A program made the translations under genes and the position numbers. The notes beneath the pieces were generated by a model. The model did not search any database, had not been told where the DNA came from, and was given only the letters and a program-made list of their open reading frames with translations. From positions 1,786 to 65,785 of the forward strand of contig CAZBNF010000001.1 in assembly GCA_964493115.1 (NCBI GenBank): 64,000 bases of DNA, given 5' to 3'. The DNA is from an uncultured Planctomycetia bacterium. GTDB taxonomy: Bacteria; Omnitrophota; Gorgyraeia; JABMRG01. Below, in pieces: positions 22,401 through 28,400 of the stretch (its first letter is position 1; the number at the start of each line of letters is the position of its first letter).

Positions 22401-25400
22401 AAGAATAAGCAGCTTAATTATGTCATTTGAACGCTCAAGGACTTTTGTTTTATTTTTATCTAAAATATATAGAATTAGTTCCGAGGCCTTAAGCCCTGCA
22501 GGGTCATTTATTTTCCTTAGGCTGCGGGCAATATGCTTTTTGACTATCCATAACGGATTTTCTAAGCAACGCATTAATTCTAAACCCCCAGCATTACCAA
22601 GTGCAGCCAAACTATCTTCAGCCTGTGTTTTTTTGGTGTCTACCTGGGTTTCTATTACATTGATTAATGGATCGATTGCTCGTAAATCTTTTGCTTTAGC
22701 CAAAGCGTGACCTACTATAAGAGGGTTTACATTTTTTCCTTCTCTCCAGCTATTTAAGAGATACTCTAAGGCCGGTTTTCCTAAAGCAACAAAAATATCT
22801 AACACTTCTGATTCAAAACGGTCGTAATCATGCCAAGGAATACTGCGCTCCTTTTCAATTAACAACCTAACTATGGGAAGACCAATTGCAATCAAGCTGT
22901 TTCTCGCAGCCAAACGTTTTTGCTCATTCTCGCTTACTAAACTATTAACAAACTCTTCTATTTCCTTCTGAGAAAACTTTATTTTAGTCTCTGTTCTTTC
23001 GTCCCTGGGAACTTCAGGCGCTTTCTCGATTTTTGCTTTTGAAATGGGCGGAGTAACTGCAGGCGGAGCCTTTTCTACTACTGGCGCTGTTTCAGCTTTT
23101 ACTTCAGAAACAGGCGGCTTAACTTGAAGAGCTGGGGACTTTACTTCAACTTCTGCCTTCTTTTCAATAACAGAAAGCACTTGCTGAGCCTTACTCGCCT
23201 GCGGCTCTTTGCCTAAGCGGGCAGCGTTTTGAAGGTATTTTATAGAGCCCCTGTCTTTCTTCCCTTTTTGATATGAATCTATTGCTTTAAGTACTCTATC
23301 TATAAAATCCTTATCTTCAGGGATACCATCTTTAATTGGCTGGACATAACTCATCCTGACAGCATTGCTTTTATGGTAAATTCTATCTAAAGTAAGTATA
23401 TCTGGTAACAGCCGAAGCGCATTGGGGTTATGGACACTATAGAATGCGTACTTAGCCCACTCCTGAACCTCTTCTGATTTGCTATATAAAGCATCTTTTA
23501 AAAATAGGAATCCTTCTTTATCTCCCAGTTGCATAAGAGCCCCCGCAAGAAGTATACATGCTTCGCTGGGACCATACCCCTCAAGGAGCTTATCTTTGCC
23601 TGCACTTTTTAGATATTCGCTGCTTTCTCTCGTAGCATATTTATCAAATACTTCTCTTATGCCCATTATCGCAGGGTCACCGATTGTATCGACAATATGC
23701 TGAAGAAGGCTTTTTAATGTTTTCGTACTATTTTCACGCACGCGACGCCACCCTGCGGGATCTTGCTGATATTGATGCTCAATTAGCGACGCAAATATTA
23801 ACCTCATCAAAGAATTTAAAGTACGGCTTATGCCTATAGGGCTGCCAAGAACACATAATAGGTGGGCAATTGAATTTAAAAAATCATCGCTATAGCTTAC
23901 TTTTCGGTTAATTGGTTTACCTTGAACATCATTATCTTTAATATAATAATAAGGATGGGCATATATTTCTTCAAGATATCGTATTGCAGAAAGCCTTATG
24001 TTTTCCAATTTTAATATATTTTCAATTACATCTCCACCAACACCATCTACATATAGTTGCATTAGCTCTCTTAAAACTGCACTATCGATTTCTTCTAACG
24101 ATTCCCAAATCTCTAAAACTTTTTGCATTTCTTCCGTGTTATAAAAACGCACCGCAGGATCTTCTAATCCGAGATCTTTAAGAGCTTTTTCTATAATAAC
24201 ACGTACATTTTTCGCACTAATAAGTTTTGGTTTTTCTTCAACAGGGGCTGTTGATTCTGGCTTAACTATTGGTTTGGTCGGAGCTTCTTCTACTACTGGC
24301 TCTGTTTCAGCTTTTACTTCAGGAACAGGCGGCTTAATTTTTTCAATAGGCCAGATTCTGGCAAAACCGCGCCAGGTCCAAGGATCTTTTCTTGGAAAAG
24401 AATCTAAAATTTCTTTATCCACGCCTATAGGCGCTAAACCCAGGCCTGCAAGCCTGCTTTGATAGGCAGTTTCTGAATCTGTCGGCACGATTTCAGATGC
24501 CTTATTCTCACGGCTAAGCGGTGGAAGTGTTGCGGTATATTCCCTTGCGTATTTTTTCTGAAAATACCCAACAAGCCCGCCATTAGGTGCATAAAAATTA
24601 GAAACAAAACCTAACCAGACTTGCTTAAATCCTGTATCTTGAGCGTATTTTGTTAAAGTCCCTATTATCTGTTCGCCAACGCCTGTAGATTCCTGAAGAT
24701 TATTAAAGGGGGGATTTTTCTCTCTCGGTTTAGGCATCGTATGAAATGGGCCTGCATCCTTAGAGGGCAGCTGCAAGGCATCGATAAGTAAAACAGCTTG
24801 ATTGTCTTTGTTTCTGGCAGCTGCTGTATAGACATTTCCTGCCCACTCCCACTGTCCTTGCGTAAGTTGTTTATACAATCTAAATTTTAAGAAACCCGGG
24901 CTGCGAATGTGGCCAAGAACATACTTTAAAAAAGGAGAACCATTGGCAAAGCCTGGGTCAGTACAATCCGCGCTGATATAACCCCCAATTAAATCTAAGA
25001 TATCACGCGGCGCTAAAACAAGCTTGTATTGACGGCCATTATAAGTAAAACCTAATCCGTTTTCTATAGAAGAGGGTGTTGCATCAAAAGATTCCTTTAA
25101 TCCGGCCTGCCTTTTAAACTGGTCGTAATCCTGCACAGAAAGCATATCCTCTTTTTTTATTCTTCCTCCTTGGGAAATGCTGCTGTAAAGGCTCTCTATT
25201 ATTCGGCTTAAAGAAGCGTCTTTTTTTGCCAGGTCAATTAACATTGCCTTAATTTCTGCTTTTGAGTCTTTAAAAGGATACAAGTTATTAAGCACAGCCC
25301 AAATATTCTGATCATGCTGGGGGATATTATCAAAGAGCTGGCTTATCATATATTCGGGAGTTCTTCTTCTGGCCTGTTCTTTCGCCTCTTCTTCTGTCAT

Positions 25401-28400
25401 GATTTTTGTTTCATAGATTTTCAATATATTCTGCTGAAACTCCCTGATATATTTAAGGATCTCGTATGTAGCAGGCCATCCCTTCTTACTTACCAAGTCT
25501 TCTGAAAATCTTATTCCGTCTTTTCCTAAACTTGCAAGCAAGCTGCCTTCTGGCTTTCCGCCTACAGAAACAATGTGTGCTTTGTATAAGGCATTCTTAA
25601 AATCCAAGTCCAGGCCGCCGGGATAGAAAGAATCCCCCATAATAAGCAATGCCTCGCCAGGGGTTTTTTGCTGGTATTTTTCATCAACTACATCCCTGAT
25701 GAAATGCTCTGCCGCAACAGCTTTGTTTGCGCCTGTTGTTAATATATGTATCGTGCGCCCGCCTGCTACGCGGGGAACAAGCGGCCAGCCGTTAGCTTTA
25801 AATAAATCTATCAATTCCCCAAAGGCCTTTTTCCTATCCTTAAGGCCGGATACTGTAAGAAGTCCCTGCCTGTAATGCAATTTGGCTTTAGAGTCTATTT
25901 TTTCTCTTATAGCTTTGGCTATTGTTTTTTCGCATTCTTTATTTGTAGCAAGAGGTGTATTTTCAGAGGCATCATAAACAGGCGTATCTATTAAATTGCC
26001 ATTTTCGTCAAACCTATTGCATCTTGCGCCTGCTGCGGTATAAATAGTAAGATTATTCAGTAGCTTTTTATCTTTTGCTGCTGCCTTATCTATAATATAT
26101 CTTTTAACTTCATCTAGTCCCTGCGTGGTAATTAACGCGATTTGAACCCCTTGCCCTAATAAAGAGAGCAGTTCATTTAGCATCTTCATATCAATTTCTT
26201 TTGTAACATCGGTAAGGGTGTTGTCTATATCAAATATCATTGCACGATAAGGTTGAGGCGGGGTAGCCTTAGGCAATATTACCTTGGGCTTTTCTATCTC
26301 TTCTTTTTCTTTTCTAAGCCGGGAAAGCTCTTGCTCTAAAGACTCTTTTTGCCCTGCCAGCTTTTCAACATCTAAAGCAAGAGTTTGCCTTTGAGACTTA
26401 AGCTGAGTTATTTCGGAGTTTAGTTTTTCGTGTATTTTCTCTGATTGAGATATCTCACTTCTAATACCGTCTAATCGTGCGCTTAAGATTTCTTTTTCTT
26501 TGGTCAGCATGGCTAATGCCGACTGCTGTGCTTGCGTTACAGACTTTAAGGACTGCAGTTGTTGCGTAATACCACGTAAGTCCTGCTCAAGCTGGGATGT
26601 TTTTTCTAAAAGCGAGTCCTTTTGTTTGGTAAGCCGGCTCACTTCCTCTTCAAGCGTGTCTTTTTGTTTCTGCGCTGACTGGAGTTCCTCATTTTTCTGA
26701 GTAATCTGAGCGAGCAGATCCTGTATTTTGGAGTTTAAATTATCTATCTGCGAGACCTTATCGCTTGCCTTGTCTTTTTCAGCAGTTTCTTTTTCACCTT
26801 TTTCACCAATAATTTCAGCTGCTTGGGCACGTAAATTAGTCAATTTTTCTGTAAGCGCAGACAGCTCGTTTTGCTCTGAAGATAATTTATCTTCAACAGC
26901 TTTTTTACGCTTAGCAAGCTCTGCGATGTCTGATTCATACTGGGTTTTTTCAGCGCTTAGCCTGCTAAGACCCGAGTTTATACTGTCAAGTCTATTCTTG
27001 GCTTCTTTAATATGCTGGTCGGATTTTTCTTCTTCAGCCTTAAGCGTTGCTATCCTATCTTCAAGTGCCTTCTCTTGCTGCTGCTTCTTTTTAATCTCAG
27101 AAACAAGGATTGAAAGAGTATCGCGGGCCTGCGGTATCTGTTTTTGGATATTGTTTAATTCTTCCTGAAGGGAAGTTCTGTTATCTGATAGGGTGGATAT
27201 TTCTTTTTCAATAGATGCTCTTGCTATATTAAGATTTTGAACATCTTGCTCAAGAGCGGACTTTGTATTTTCAAGGCTCTGTATCTGCTGTTGCGGGCCT
27301 GCAGCTTCTGGTGCGCTTGCTTGGAGTTTTTCTTTTTCCTTTTTATCTATTGCTGATTGTATGTTTATAAGGCGCTGTTCTAAGTCGGCTATTTCTTTTG
27401 TTAGGTTGTTTTTTTCCTGTCTTAATCGGGCTATTTCATTTGATAGAGCCGTATTCTCTGATTGCAGTTCTTTTTCTCTTGTGGCAAGAGCCTGTATTTT
27501 TTCTTTAAGACTATCCTGGTCTTTTAATAGTTGATCTATGTCTTCTTGAGGAGCTTTAGGCTTTTCCTGTACAATGGCTGCGACTGCCTCTTGTCTCTTA
27601 GAGGCCCTGGCCATTAATCGTGCCTCTCCCATTTTAAATAAATAAGGCTTAACAGGGAGATTAAGTTCGTCTAAGAGGGCTTTCTTTTTCTTTAATGTCT
27701 CTTCGCTTACAGTAAGAAGTCCTATGTATTTCCCTTCCCCAACATCTATTCCTAACTCATTTTTTATAAAATCTGCTCTTTTGGCTAAGTCTACTTTTGT
27801 GTATCTTGCAAGCCGCTGAACATATTTTGCCTGCATATTTGCCCCTAGAGACTCGAGTAGAGCTTTTTGTTTTTCAGGTGTTGTTTGTGCAGGCGGGGCC
27901 CTTGGCTCAGTTTTTTCTAAAACATCTGGGGCAACCGGTTTTTCGCTTATATCCCCTTTTAAACCTTCCACTTGCTTATATAAAGCATCTACTGCCTTAC
28001 CCATTTGGGCAAGGGCATCTCTTGCTGCTTCAAGCTCTTTTAATTGTTCTCTTGCGGATTTTAACCATTCTGTTAAATCTTCATTTTCAGCAGGCGGCTC
28101 TGTAATCTTATGTTGTTTTGTCATACCATCCAGAAATACACCTAGTTGCTTTTCAACATCATCGGTTTTTTTCTCAAGTTCTGTAATTCTTTTTGCATTA
28201 TGTTCGAGATCCTCGGCAGGGTCTGCATCTATTTTTTTAACTTCTCTAACAGGTGGTATTGCAGCGGCGGCCACTGGCTTTTCTGTTGGTTCTGCGGGTT
28301 TTGCAGGTACTGCTTGCGCTACTGGTACTGCAGGTGCTAATGGTTTTGCAACCGCAGGAGCCTCTTGAGGTTGTTGATGTGCTTCAGTATCCGGTTTTTG

